A stretch of DNA of 32,000 nucleotides from Ruminococcus albus 7 = DSM 20455 (GTDB taxonomy: Bacteria; Bacillota; Clostridia; Oscillospirales; Ruminococcaceae), in contig NC_014833.1 of the NCBI RefSeq assembly GCF_000179635.2, forward strand, positions 2,940,001-2,972,000, read 5' to 3'. How positions within the stretch are numbered: the stretch's first letter is position 1; each line of letters starts with the position of its first letter. Position numbers and translations under genes: made by a program. The notes under the pieces are model-generated. The model searched no databases, was not told where the DNA came from, and saw only the letters and a program-made list of their open reading frames with translations. Of the stretch, positions 16,775 through 24,264 are shown piece by piece.

Positions 16775-17500
16775 TTATCGGGTGTGCAGCGTAAGTGCCT
16801 CGAGGTCTTCCCTGCTTCCGCTGAATACGTTCATATCAATGAATTCCTCGTCACCGTCATAGCCGTCAAACTTCTCATGGTCACTGTACTGCCAGAAAGT
16901 CCAGTCATTGTTCAGCGGTCTGAAAAATACGTTGCGCTCCCACAGCATACAGCCATCAAATGCCTCTTTGTAGCGCTTGCGTGTTTTCATGGTGGTGTAT
17001 ATTATCGGCTTCGCACCATACCTTTCCTCCACCGCGGATATCATCGCCTTTATCTCAGGCACCGCTTCCTCCGCAGGTTTCGGATCGTTGGTATATTTCC
17101 CGTAAAGCTCAACATCTATAACAGGCGGCAGCATACCGTCGGTCTGACCCGTACTTTCGAGCGCACCGATGAAATTGTCTGCCTGAGTGCTGCCTGTGCT
17201 GTCAAAGCTGAAAAAGTGATACGCCCCCGTCACCAGTCCTGCTTCCTTCGCCCCCGTGAAATTGTCCATGAACATATCGTCCGTTGAACTGCTGCCCTCT
17301 GTTGCCTTGACAAATACAAAATCCATGTGCTTTGAAAGTTCAGCCCAGTCCGTCTGCCCCTGATAGGACGATATATCCGCACCCTTTATACCATCGGGAT
17401 GATTGAGGCTTATCACCCTGAACCACAATAGCGCCGCAAAAGCAGCCGCAGCTGCCGCCATGATCAGAAACACTATACCGTATCGTTTTTTTCTGCTCAA
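16775..17500 (-). CDS. GH25 muramidase (lysozyme) with an N-terminal Ala-rich signal-anchor
   Basis: GADISSYQG..DW...DFVFVKATEG...GAYHFF are GH25 hallmarks. N-terminus MSRKKRYGIVFLIMAAAAAAFAALLWF. TTG start 6 nt after GGAGGG. Confidence 0.85.
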   Translation of the reverse strand: MSRKKRYGIVFLIMAAAAAAFAALLWFRVISLNHPDGIKGADISSYQGQTDWAELSKHMDFVFVKATEGSSSTDDMFMDNFTGAKEAGLVTGAYHFFSFDSTGSTQADNFIGALESTGQTDGMLPPVIDVELYGKYTNDPKPAEEAVPEIKAMISAVEERYGAKPIIYTTMKTRKRYKEAFDGCMLWERNVFFRPLNNDWTFWQYSDHEKFDGYDGDEEFIDMNVFSGSREDLEALTLHTR

Positions 17501-17590
17501 ATATTATCCCTCCATGTCAAATGCGAACCTCGTCATTCTTTCAGACTTTTTCGCACAACAGTGCCAGTATAACACGGACGGGACTATTTG

Positions 17591-17914
17591 TCAAGCCGCT
17601 CTGCGCTTTCCCGCGCTCTTTGTCATTCTCAGACTTCCGCGCGCTCTGCGTGCCTTTCTTTCCGCATCACGTTCATCAAGCTCTCTGAGTCTTTCTGCCG
17701 CAGAGCTCCTTCTGTCATCTATACGCGCCAGTTCAACAGCCACAAGCGCACACATTATCATAATGCAGATCACTAATGTACGCGCAGGCGATACCGTTGC
17801 CGCCCATACCAGCCCGGCTGCTCCCAGCAGACCCTTTATCACCCCCTTGTACCAGCCCTCTCCCGATGAAGATTCGTTTATTACCAGTAATATCAGTATG
17901 CCTACAAGTACCAT
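17591..17914 (-). CDS. Small multi-TM protein with a highly charged C-terminus (holin-like)
   Basis: Two to three hydrophobic segments followed by DDRRSSAAERLRELDERDAERKARRARG. Lies 90 nt upstream of the GH25 gene on the same strand. Confidence 0.55.
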   Translation of the reverse strand: MVLVGILILLVINESSSGEGWYKGVIKGLLGAAGLVWAATVSPARTLVICIMIMCALVAVELARIDDRRSSAAERLRELDERDAERKARRARGSLRMTKSAGKRRAA

Positions 17915-18132
17915 TTTTTTCTTACTTCCTTTCCACGCCGTTTTCCCTTTGGCGTGAATCTATTATAGCACATACTTTCTCATTTGTGGTAACTTTTTTT
18001 GTACAGATACTCATTTTGACATTCAGGGCGTTTTTTTGTACGCAAAAAGGGCACAGCCAAAGAAAGATACCCATATAGAAATTTTGCCCCGAAGCACTTC
18101 AAAGTGCTAAGGGGGAATTGTACTTATTGCTG

Positions 18133-18468
18133 CTAAGATAAACCAGTATTTAACCAATCAAGTATTTTATAATAGATGTTTGCCCATTCAGGTAATTCAT
18201 TCTCTGTAAATACATGGATTACACTCTCAATTTGTTTTGTTAATTCCTTTTTTGTTATGTGCTTAAAATAACTTTCATCCTTAAAATACTCATCTTCACA
18301 CCATTGATATTCTTCATACGGTAAGCTGTTGTTATCTATGCCCCATTCATATACTTCACAAGGTCCGAATGATAGCCTCTTAATCAGAACAATATGTCCA
18401 TCCGAGTCAGCATTCGTATTAGGCATTAAATATGACCAGCTTCCAACAAAAACACTTTTTGAGGGCAT
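18133..18468 (-). CDS. Hypothetical protein (111 aa) in a visibly AT-rich gene
   Basis: Start at MPSKSVFVG behind a GGAGGA RBS. The longer track ORF would run through its own consensus promoter. No recognisable motif. Confidence 0.6.
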   Translation of the reverse strand: MPSKSVFVGSWSYLMPNTNADSDGHIVLIKRLSFGPCEVYEWGIDNNSLPYEEYQWCEDEYFKDESYFKHITKKELTKQIESVIHVFTENELPEWANIYYKILDWLNTGLS

Positions 18469-18511
18469 TATGATTCCTCCGAAAATTCCGATTTGGTTTA
18501 TGTTAGTAAAA

Positions 18512-18540
18512 ATTATATCACAACATCGAAGTGCTGTCAA
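18512..18540 (-). promoter_or_regulatory. Consensus sigma-A promoter for the AT-rich orphan gene
   Basis: On the minus strand: TTGACA-17 nt-TGa-TATAAT. Confidence 0.65.
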
Positions 18541-18587
18541 TAAAGACGCCATAGTACTTCCGACTGAACATCGGAAATACTATGGCG
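18541..18587 (-). terminator. Intrinsic terminator after rsmE
   Basis: On the minus strand: 17-bp stem CGCCATAGTATTTCCGA/TCGGAAGTACTATGGCG with one mismatch, followed by TCTTTATT. Confidence 0.75.
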
Positions 18588-18636
18588 AAAAAGCTTCTTT
18601 ATGGGTATCGTTCCAAAGCCGTACCCTGCATAATAT

Positions 18637-19362
18637 TCAGATATTTCCCGTAAGGCTCATGACCACAGCTATCGCAGCCAGAGGAGCCGTTTCGCAGCGC
18701 ATTATCCTGGGTCCCATACCGATGACCTTCGCACCCTCCGCGCGGCATTTATCGACTTCCGCTTCATCGAATCCGCCTTCACTGCCGATGAATATACCTA
18801 TGTCACGGCACTCCCGTCCGACAGTTTCCGATAAAGGCGCACCGCCCTTTTCATAGCATATCAGTCCCAGCTCATGTTCTCCAAGACGTTTCGCGCATTC
18901 CTCCGCAGATATGATATCTCCCACCGTGGGTACTATACTGCGGCCGCACTGTTTGGCAGCTTCAAGGGCTATCTTGTTAAGCCGCTCACGCTTTTTGCGG
19001 TAGCTTTTTTCATCGGGACGCGATACGCACCTTGAAGTCAGCACAGGCACTATCTCCGCCGCACCAAGTTCTACCGCCTTCTGCACTATCAGCTCCAGTT
19101 TGTCCGATTTAGGCACAGCCTGATAAAGTGTCACCCTCACCGTAGGCTCACCGCTGCCCTCGCTGACACTCAGCACCGCAAGCCCGCACTGTTCGTCCGA
19201 TACCGAATCAAGCCTGCAGGTATAGTCCTTTCCCTCACAGCAGACCGTCAGCTCGTCACCCAGCCTCATACGCAGGCTTCGCCCGATATGCACCGCATCA
19301 GCGCCGCGCACCACCGCACTGTCACCATTGATATCCTCTTTGTTAACAAAAAATCTTGGCAT
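18637..19362 (-). CDS. rsmE: 16S rRNA (uracil1498-N3)-methyltransferase
   Basis: MPRFFV N-terminus, a PUA-like region, and a C-terminal SPOUT knot (IFIGSEGGF...LGPRIMRCETA). GGAGG RBS 8 nt upstream. Confidence 0.88.
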   Translation of the reverse strand: MPRFFVNKEDINGDSAVVRGADAVHIGRSLRMRLGDELTVCCEGKDYTCRLDSVSDEQCGLAVLSVSEGSGEPTVRVTLYQAVPKSDKLELIVQKAVELGAAEIVPVLTSRCVSRPDEKSYRKKRERLNKIALEAAKQCGRSIVPTVGDIISAEECAKRLGEHELGLICYEKGGAPLSETVGRECRDIGIFIGSEGGFDEAEVDKCRAEGAKVIGMGPRIMRCETAPLAAIAVVMSLTGNI

Positions 19363-19698
19363 GATATATACCTCCGCTGACATTATAATTGATGATCATA
19401 TGGTCATCCTGCTGATGCACCACACTATACAGCATTCTTACAGGATACATCTCACTGATCATACCCCGAAATAACTGTATATCGGCATAACAACGGGATA
19501 ACTGTATATTTTTATTATCTTTCATGCTTATCACAAACCGTCTTCACAATATTAACACATTCTTAAAGTATATTATAACTGTCGGAAGGATCCGACGGCT
19601 TATGTTTCGGTATGTTGGCTTTTACCCCAAGCCTGCATATATACATAGTTGGCAGAGAGATCTGCCGGCTTCTCCCCTATAATTTTTTTATTTGTTTT

Positions 19699-19730
19699 CA
19701 CCCACAGCTAAAGTGGGTGTTTTTCTTTTG
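19699..19730 (+). terminator. Terminator-like hairpin with its T-run on the plus strand, abutting the 3' end of the minus-strand FkbM gene
   Basis: CACCCAC-AGCTAAA-GTGGGTG followed by TTTTTCTTTT on the plus strand. The minus-strand side lacks a U-tract. Confidence 0.5.
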
Positions 19731-19733
19731 CCT

Positions 19734-20795
19734 TTAAGGCACACAGATAAGCTCCGTCTCCCATGCGGGATAATAGCTTTCCTGCCGCATATAGAACGAG
19801 TATCCGCCGTATATGTCATTCACCGCAAGAGGTATGTCGATATAGTCGTAACAGCGGTGATACAGCGCACAGCACAGCTTCGGATGATATTTTGCGATAG
19901 TCTTCTCCGAACCCTTCAGCGCAGGGATATCTGCCCCCTCAACATCGTACTTGATGTAGGTACATTCCCTACCGTTCAGCACGCTGTCAAGGCTTCTTGC
20001 CATGATAAGTCCTCTGCCCTCACCGTCAAGCCTGGCCTGCCTGCCCGAACCTCCGTCGAATCCCATGACCGTATCATGTGACCACGCCGCCGCGTTTATA
20101 AGCTCTATCTCATCTATATCGTTACAGTTTTTTACACACTTCTGAAAGTTGCGCTTCTCGGGTTCGAGGGCGTATATTTTTTTGCATCCGCCCGTCGCCC
20201 TGACGGTCTGCAGGACGGTATCACCGTTATAAGCCCCGAGATCGCAGTATATCTCCCCTTTTTTCAGCCCCAGCAGAGGCGAGGGTTTGGTGCCGTCAGA
20301 AAATACCTCTTTCAGATATCCCAGCCTGCCTGTTATCTTGTAAGCCGTCAGCCCCAGGAACACCTGCCTTGACTCCTCATCAGCCAGCATACCGCACACC
20401 TTTTCTGCCCGTTTGATATCCGCAATAAATTCAGCCTTGTCAAAAGCCCTGTCCCCTGCCACGGGAACATCGGGTGCATACAGCGGATGCCTTTTTGCGA
20501 TATCGTCTATCCTCTCCATTATATCGGGCAGACAGGTACCGAAAGCCAGCAGTACCGTAAACTCCCCGACTTCAGCTTCGACCTGCGAAAGCTTCTTCAC
20601 CTCATATCCCATGAAGCTCTGCCCTCTTACAAAATCATCGCTGGCAAATACTCCATTCACTCCGATGCCTCTGTCTGCACACCACTTCAGCACCTTCTCG
20701 CCGCCGTTGCCCATACCATATATATATATAGGCAGACCGCTCCGCTTTATTTCCGCAGCACATTCAGGCAGTGCCGCAAGCTCCTCAAAGTTCAT
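19734..20795 (-). CDS. FkbM-family SAM-dependent methyltransferase
   Basis: YCDLGAYNGDT (SAM-binding loop), ALEPEKRNF, and IKYDVEGAD..AL.G are typical of FkbM. Start at ATG 20793-20795, 7 nt after GAGG. Confidence 0.8.
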   Translation of the reverse strand: MNFEELAALPECAAEIKRSGLPIYIYGMGNGGEKVLKWCADRGIGVNGVFASDDFVRGQSFMGYEVKKLSQVEAEVGEFTVLLAFGTCLPDIMERIDDIAKRHPLYAPDVPVAGDRAFDKAEFIADIKRAEKVCGMLADEESRQVFLGLTAYKITGRLGYLKEVFSDGTKPSPLLGLKKGEIYCDLGAYNGDTVLQTVRATGGCKKIYALEPEKRNFQKCVKNCNDIDEIELINAAAWSHDTVMGFDGGSGRQARLDGEGRGLIMARSLDSVLNGRECTYIKYDVEGADIPALKGSEKTIAKYHPKLCCALYHRCYDYIDIPLAVNDIYGGYSFYMRQESYYPAWETELICVP

Positions 20796-20808
20796 TTCCA
20801 AACCTCAC

Positions 20809-20836
20809 AAAAAAGGCGCAGAACACATCTGCGCCT
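20809..20836 (-). terminator. Intrinsic terminator between the PH-domain gene and the FkbM gene
   Basis: On the minus strand: AGGCGCAG-ATGTGTT-CTGCGCCT followed by TTTTTT, immediately ahead of the FkbM RBS. Confidence 0.65.
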
Positions 20837-20850
20837 ATGATTTTTTATGT

Positions 20851-21252
20851 TTATTCATCACCATCGGGTATGCCGTCATCGTCATGATCGTACCCGCTGT
20901 AAAGGTCCCTTCCTCTTGTACGGTACCTGTCACGGTTCATATCGATGTACTGATCAAGCAGCTTCATTACCTCACGAGGCTTCTTTACAGACTTTATCTC
21001 CTTGATGGGAGTATCCACATCACGCACATTCATAACGATAGTGCCGCAGCCTACCATCCTGTTGCCCATGGTGAGCACCAGCTTTTTATCAAGCACTCTG
21101 TAAAGTTCCAGTTCATCCTCCTGAACACTGAAAATACCCGTTCTGGTGATGAACTTGCTCTCTGTCAGGTAATATCTGGTAAAAGACCACGGAAGCCCAA
21201 GAAATGTGCGCTTCTTATCTGTCCATACATAATCAAAAACGTCTTTTTTCAT
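20851..21252 (-). CDS. Bacterial PH-domain (YdbS/bPH_2-like) protein with an acidic tail
   Basis: TRYYLTESKFITRTGIFSVQEDELELYRVLD...V.DV fits the bPH_2 pattern. Start at MKKDVF behind GAGGTG. Confidence 0.65.
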   Translation of the reverse strand: MKKDVFDYVWTDKKRTFLGLPWSFTRYYLTESKFITRTGIFSVQEDELELYRVLDKKLVLTMGNRMVGCGTIVMNVRDVDTPIKEIKSVKKPREVMKLLDQYIDMNRDRYRTRGRDLYSGYDHDDDGIPDGDE

Positions 21253-21286
21253 AAGGACGCACCTCACTCATTAACATTATATTTAC

Positions 21287-21315
21287 AATATACCACATTT
21301 ATATACTTTTGTCAA
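21287..21315 (-). promoter_or_regulatory. Sigma-A-type promoter for the PH-domain gene
   Basis: On the minus strand: TTGACA-17 nt-TGg-TATATT. Confidence 0.55.
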
Positions 21316-21330
21316 TATATAAAAGCCTTT

Positions 21331-22275
21331 CTATCCCTGTGATACGTCATCATATATCACCCAGTGCACCGCATCGGGAGCAACATCGGAAAGATATTCC
21401 CCGGGAACAGTGCAGGTAAGCTGCCATTTTGACACACCGCTCATATTCCCCGAACAATCTCGCTGTATATATATGGTCAGTTTTTTATCCGTTACTACCG
21501 CTCTCAGGAATTTGTACTTTGCATCTCCCACCGAACGGTCAGCGTACAGGAATACTACATTTGTGTTGAAACCGCCATCATCATCTAATTTTCTCATGGC
21601 ATTTTTCAGGCTGTCAAGTCCCAGAGTCTTGTGGTACATATCATAGTAATCCTCAAAATCTCCGTAGGATGAAAAATATTTCTGATACGGAAAAGTTGCC
21701 GCAGCTTTTGATGACACCCTGTAATCGGAATATTCAACAGGTACATTCACTGACCCGTCACCGCCCGAAGAAGGCACCTTGTTCAGGAGTATATCACTCA
21801 GATAATATTCCAGCTGCTTCTCCTCTTCATTGTATATACTGTATACCTCCACAGGGCTGACAAGCCTTTCAGCGTATTCGACCCCGTCATCTTTCTTTTC
21901 CTTTATTCGTACAAGCGCTGTACTGCCTGTGCCGCTTTCGGAGATATGCATCACTTTATCCTCGCTGCATACCGTTACCGAAGCTGTGCTTTCCGCGATT
22001 ATGTCAACAAGGAAATTCTGCCATATACCGCTGTCACTGCAGCCCATAAAAACACAGTTGTTCTCCGCTGCGGTGCCGGGAGTGACCTTTTCGCCCTGCC
22101 AGTTCAGAAAGAAGCTTTCATTGTCATCCTGCTGAACATTCGCAGCACTGTTTACTCCGTCGGGATCCTTGACGTAATGATCCGAAAATGCACAGCCCGA
22201 AAAAAATATCGCAGCCGAAAGCACAGCTGCCATCGGAAAAATTCTGATATCCAAGCTCACCCCTCCCTGCGACAT
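21331..22275 (-). CDS. Hypothetical lipoprotein
   Basis: Lipobox AAIFFSGC. A TTG at 22252-22254 behind GGGAGGGG would give a cleaner signal peptide (DIRIFPMAAVLSAAIFFSGC) than the ATG at 22275. Confidence 0.7.
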   Translation of the reverse strand: MSQGGVSLDIRIFPMAAVLSAAIFFSGCAFSDHYVKDPDGVNSAANVQQDDNESFFLNWQGEKVTPGTAAENNCVFMGCSDSGIWQNFLVDIIAESTASVTVCSEDKVMHISESGTGSTALVRIKEKKDDGVEYAERLVSPVEVYSIYNEEEKQLEYYLSDILLNKVPSSGGDGSVNVPVEYSDYRVSSKAAATFPYQKYFSSYGDFEDYYDMYHKTLGLDSLKNAMRKLDDDGGFNTNVVFLYADRSVGDAKYKFLRAVVTDKKLTIYIQRDCSGNMSGVSKWQLTCTVPGEYLSDVAPDAVHWVIYDDVSQG

Positions 22276-22416
22276 TATATACTTTTTTTATTATACCACA
22301 TCCGGGTTTTTTTGTTAATACGTGATTATCATCAAATCTTCCCCGATCATTTTGGGCATTCTGACTTATGGTCAGCATCAATAAAAAACACTTTCCTATT
22401 TTTTTCAAAAAAAGTA

Positions 22417-22445
22417 TTGACAAATGAAAAAAAATATGCTAAAAT
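22417..22445 (+). promoter_or_regulatory. Consensus sigma-A promoter for the tRNA-Ser pair
   Basis: TTGACA-17 nt-TAAAAT, about 30 nt upstream of the first tRNA. Confidence 0.65.
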
Positions 22446-22474
22446 AATTAAGTCGCTGAGAGATGTGACTATTT

Positions 22475-22563
22475 GGACAGGTGTCCGAGTGGTTTAAGGA
22501 GCCGGTCTTGAAAACCGGTGATACGGCAACGTACCGTGGGTTCGAATCCCACCCTGTCCGCCA
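22475..22563 (+). tRNA. tRNA-Ser (anticodon UGA), CCA encoded
   Basis: Acceptor GGACAGG/CCTGTCC, anticodon arm CCGGT-CTTGAAA-ACCGG, long variable arm, T-arm GTGGGTTCGAATCCCAC, then G-CCA. Confidence 0.9.
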
Positions 22564-22610
22564 CTTTTTTTCAAGGCATATATCCTTTGAGGATTATGCC
22601 GGAATACTTA

Positions 22611-22697
22611 TGCGGATTTACCCAAGTGGTGAAGGGGCTCCCCTGCTAAGGGAGTAGGTCTCGAAAGGGGCGCGAGGGTTCAAATCCCTCAATCCGC
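22611..22697 (+). tRNA. tRNA-Ser (anticodon GCU), no encoded CCA
   Basis: Acceptor GCGGATT/AATCCGC, anticodon arm CTCCC-CTGCTAA-GGGAG, long variable arm, T-arm GAGGGTTCAAATCCCTC. Confidence 0.85.
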
Positions 22698-22702
22698 GTA
22701 TG

Positions 22703-22733
22703 ACCTCCGTAAGCTTAGGCTTACGGAGGTTTT
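22703..22733 (+). terminator. Intrinsic terminator after the tRNA pair
   Basis: CCTCCGTAAGC-TTAG-GCTTACGGAGG followed by TTTTT. Confidence 0.85.
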
Positions 22734-22792
22734 TGTTATATTCTACACTCTTTGCACAATACACACCCTTCAAATTTGTTGAAAGCGTCCTG

Positions 22793-22821
22793 TTGACAAA
22801 AGCGGTATATCGTGCTATAAT
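22793..22821 (+). promoter_or_regulatory. Consensus sigma-A promoter for the pncA/Prs-like/NAMPT-like operon
   Basis: TTGACA-17 nt-TGc-TATAAT (extended -10). A 6-1-6 palindrome TAACTAtTAGTTA (22841-22853) lies in the leader. Confidence 0.7.
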
Positions 22822-22879
22822 GATAACAACAAAAAGATAATAACTATTAGTTACTATGAATCAAAAGGACGGTATCATT

Positions 22880-23428
22880 ATGAAGATCTTAGTTGCCATT
22901 GACCTGCAGAAAGACTTTACAAACGGCGTTCTCGGTAATGCCGAGTGCGATGCGGCTGCCGATAAGGCGGCAAAAAGGATAGCTGCCTTCCGCAAGGAAC
23001 AGCCCGATGTCCCCGTCGTGTTCACGCTTGATACTCACACCGAGGATTATATGAATACTCAGGAGGGAAAAAACTTACCTGTTGTACACTGTATCCGCGG
23101 CACCGATGGCTGGAAGCTTGACCCCCGTATCGAAGCTGTAAGAAAGGACAATGATATCCTAGTGGAAAAGCCTGCCTTCGGTTCTGCCGAACTTCCCGAA
23201 GTGCTGAAAAATCTGGCTGACGGAAAAGATATCGAGCAGATAGAATTCATCGGAGTATGCACCGATATCTGCGTCATCTCCAATGCCATGATAGTCAAGG
23301 CAGCCTTCCCCGAGGTACCCATAGTGATAACCGAGGAATGCTGCGCAGGTGTAACTCCCGAAAGCCACGAGAATGCACTCAGCGCTATGGCTGTATGCCA
23401 GATGAAGATAGAAAGGAATGATACCTGA
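22880..23428 (+). CDS. pncA: Isochorismatase-fold cysteine hydrolase, B. subtilis PncA-type nicotinamidase-like
   Basis: VAIDLQKDF (Asp), VEKPAFG (Lys) and GVCTDICV (Cys) form the triad. The DTHTEDY...HCIRGTDG metal-site region parallels B. subtilis PncA. Start at MKILVAID. Confidence 0.75.
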   Translation: MKILVAIDLQKDFTNGVLGNAECDAAADKAAKRIAAFRKEQPDVPVVFTLDTHTEDYMNTQEGKNLPVVHCIRGTDGWKLDPRIEAVRKDNDILVEKPAFGSAELPEVLKNLADGKDIEQIEFIGVCTDICVISNAMIVKAAFPEVPIVITEECCAGVTPESHENALSAMAVCQMKIERNDT

Positions 23429-24246
23429 TGCTCAGATACCGTATAGATGACGGAGAGTATATGGTGCCGAATATCGAAAACTACCCCGACGGCACCATGA
23501 AGATAGACCTTTCCCACGCTGATGTATGCAGCCGTGTGGACATAAGCTGGCACTATGAAAATGAACTTGAACAGATGCAGCTGTACTATATGGTAAGCAA
23601 CCTTAAAGAGCGTTTCCCGAAAGCAGTATTCACGCTGTTCATGCCCTATCTGCCAAACGCACGTATGGACAGGGTACACGCTGATACCGAAGTCTTCACA
23701 CTGAAATATTTCTGCCGTTTCCTAAATTCCATGGGCTTTGATAAGGTAACTGTACTCGATGTTCATTCAAGCGTGGGTGCGGCACTTATCGACAGGGTGG
23801 TGAACCTCTCCCCGAAGGAGTATATACTGAAAGCCTTGGAAATGGCAGGATTCAGCTTTGAAGATGACTGTCTGTTCTTCCCCGATGAGGGTTCTATGAA
23901 AAGGTATTCCTCCATGTTCGATGCCAGACACGTCAGCTTCGGCATAAAAAAGCGTGACTGGTCAACAGGAAAGATACTCGGCCTTGAAGTCGAAGGCGAC
24001 TCCCCTGCAGGCAAAAATATATTCATAATAGATGATATATGTGCTTACGGCGGAACTGTCTACTACTCCGCACAGAAGCTGAAAGAGCTGGGCTGTAAGG
24101 ATATAAATGTATTTTTCAGCCACTGTGAAGATTCAATAGCAAAGGGCAAGCTGTTTGAATGCGGCATGATAAAGAATATCTATACCACCGATTCTATATG
24201 CACCCTGCCCGATAACGATATACTCAAAAAAATCAGTCTTGACTGA
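23428..24246 (+). CDS. Short PRPP-synthetase-fold (ribose-phosphate pyrophosphokinase-like) protein, 272 aa; possible ADPR-pyrophosphate synthetase (Adps-like)
   Basis: FMPYLPNARMDR, VTVLDVHS, FFPDEGSMKRY and IFIIDDICAYGGT match Prs motifs. The protein is about 40 aa shorter than housekeeping Prs. Its ATG shares one nucleotide with the pncA stop (TGATG). Confidence 0.75.
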   Translation: MLRYRIDDGEYMVPNIENYPDGTMKIDLSHADVCSRVDISWHYENELEQMQLYYMVSNLKERFPKAVFTLFMPYLPNARMDRVHADTEVFTLKYFCRFLNSMGFDKVTVLDVHSSVGAALIDRVVNLSPKEYILKALEMAGFSFEDDCLFFPDEGSMKRYSSMFDARHVSFGIKKRDWSTGKILGLEVEGDSPAGKNIFIIDDICAYGGTVYYSAQKLKELGCKDINVFFSHCEDSIAKGKLFECGMIKNIYTTDSICTLPDNDILKKISLD

Positions 24247-24264
24247 ACTGAAAGAAGGATCACT

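Noticed and set aside
18469-18552. N-terminal extension of the AT-rich orphan ORF (MASLLTALRCC...)
   Set aside because: The extension would include the gene's own TTGACA/TATAAT promoter and part of the rsmE terminator. A GGAGGA RBS precedes the internal ATG at 18468.
19471-19509. 12-nt direct repeat ATAACTGTATAT (19471 and 19498) upstream of rsmE, with a CTGT core reminiscent of an SOS box
   Set aside because: There is no matching ACAG half-site, and Gram-positive LexA boxes have a different consensus. It is AT-rich intergenic DNA with no clear link to a promoter. I noted it but cannot assign a function.
20413-21342. 309-aa plus-strand ORF spanning the FkbM and PH-domain genes
   Set aside because: It is antisense to two well-supported genes and crosses their intergenic terminator. 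The translation is Ser/Ile/Pro-rich junk with no start context.
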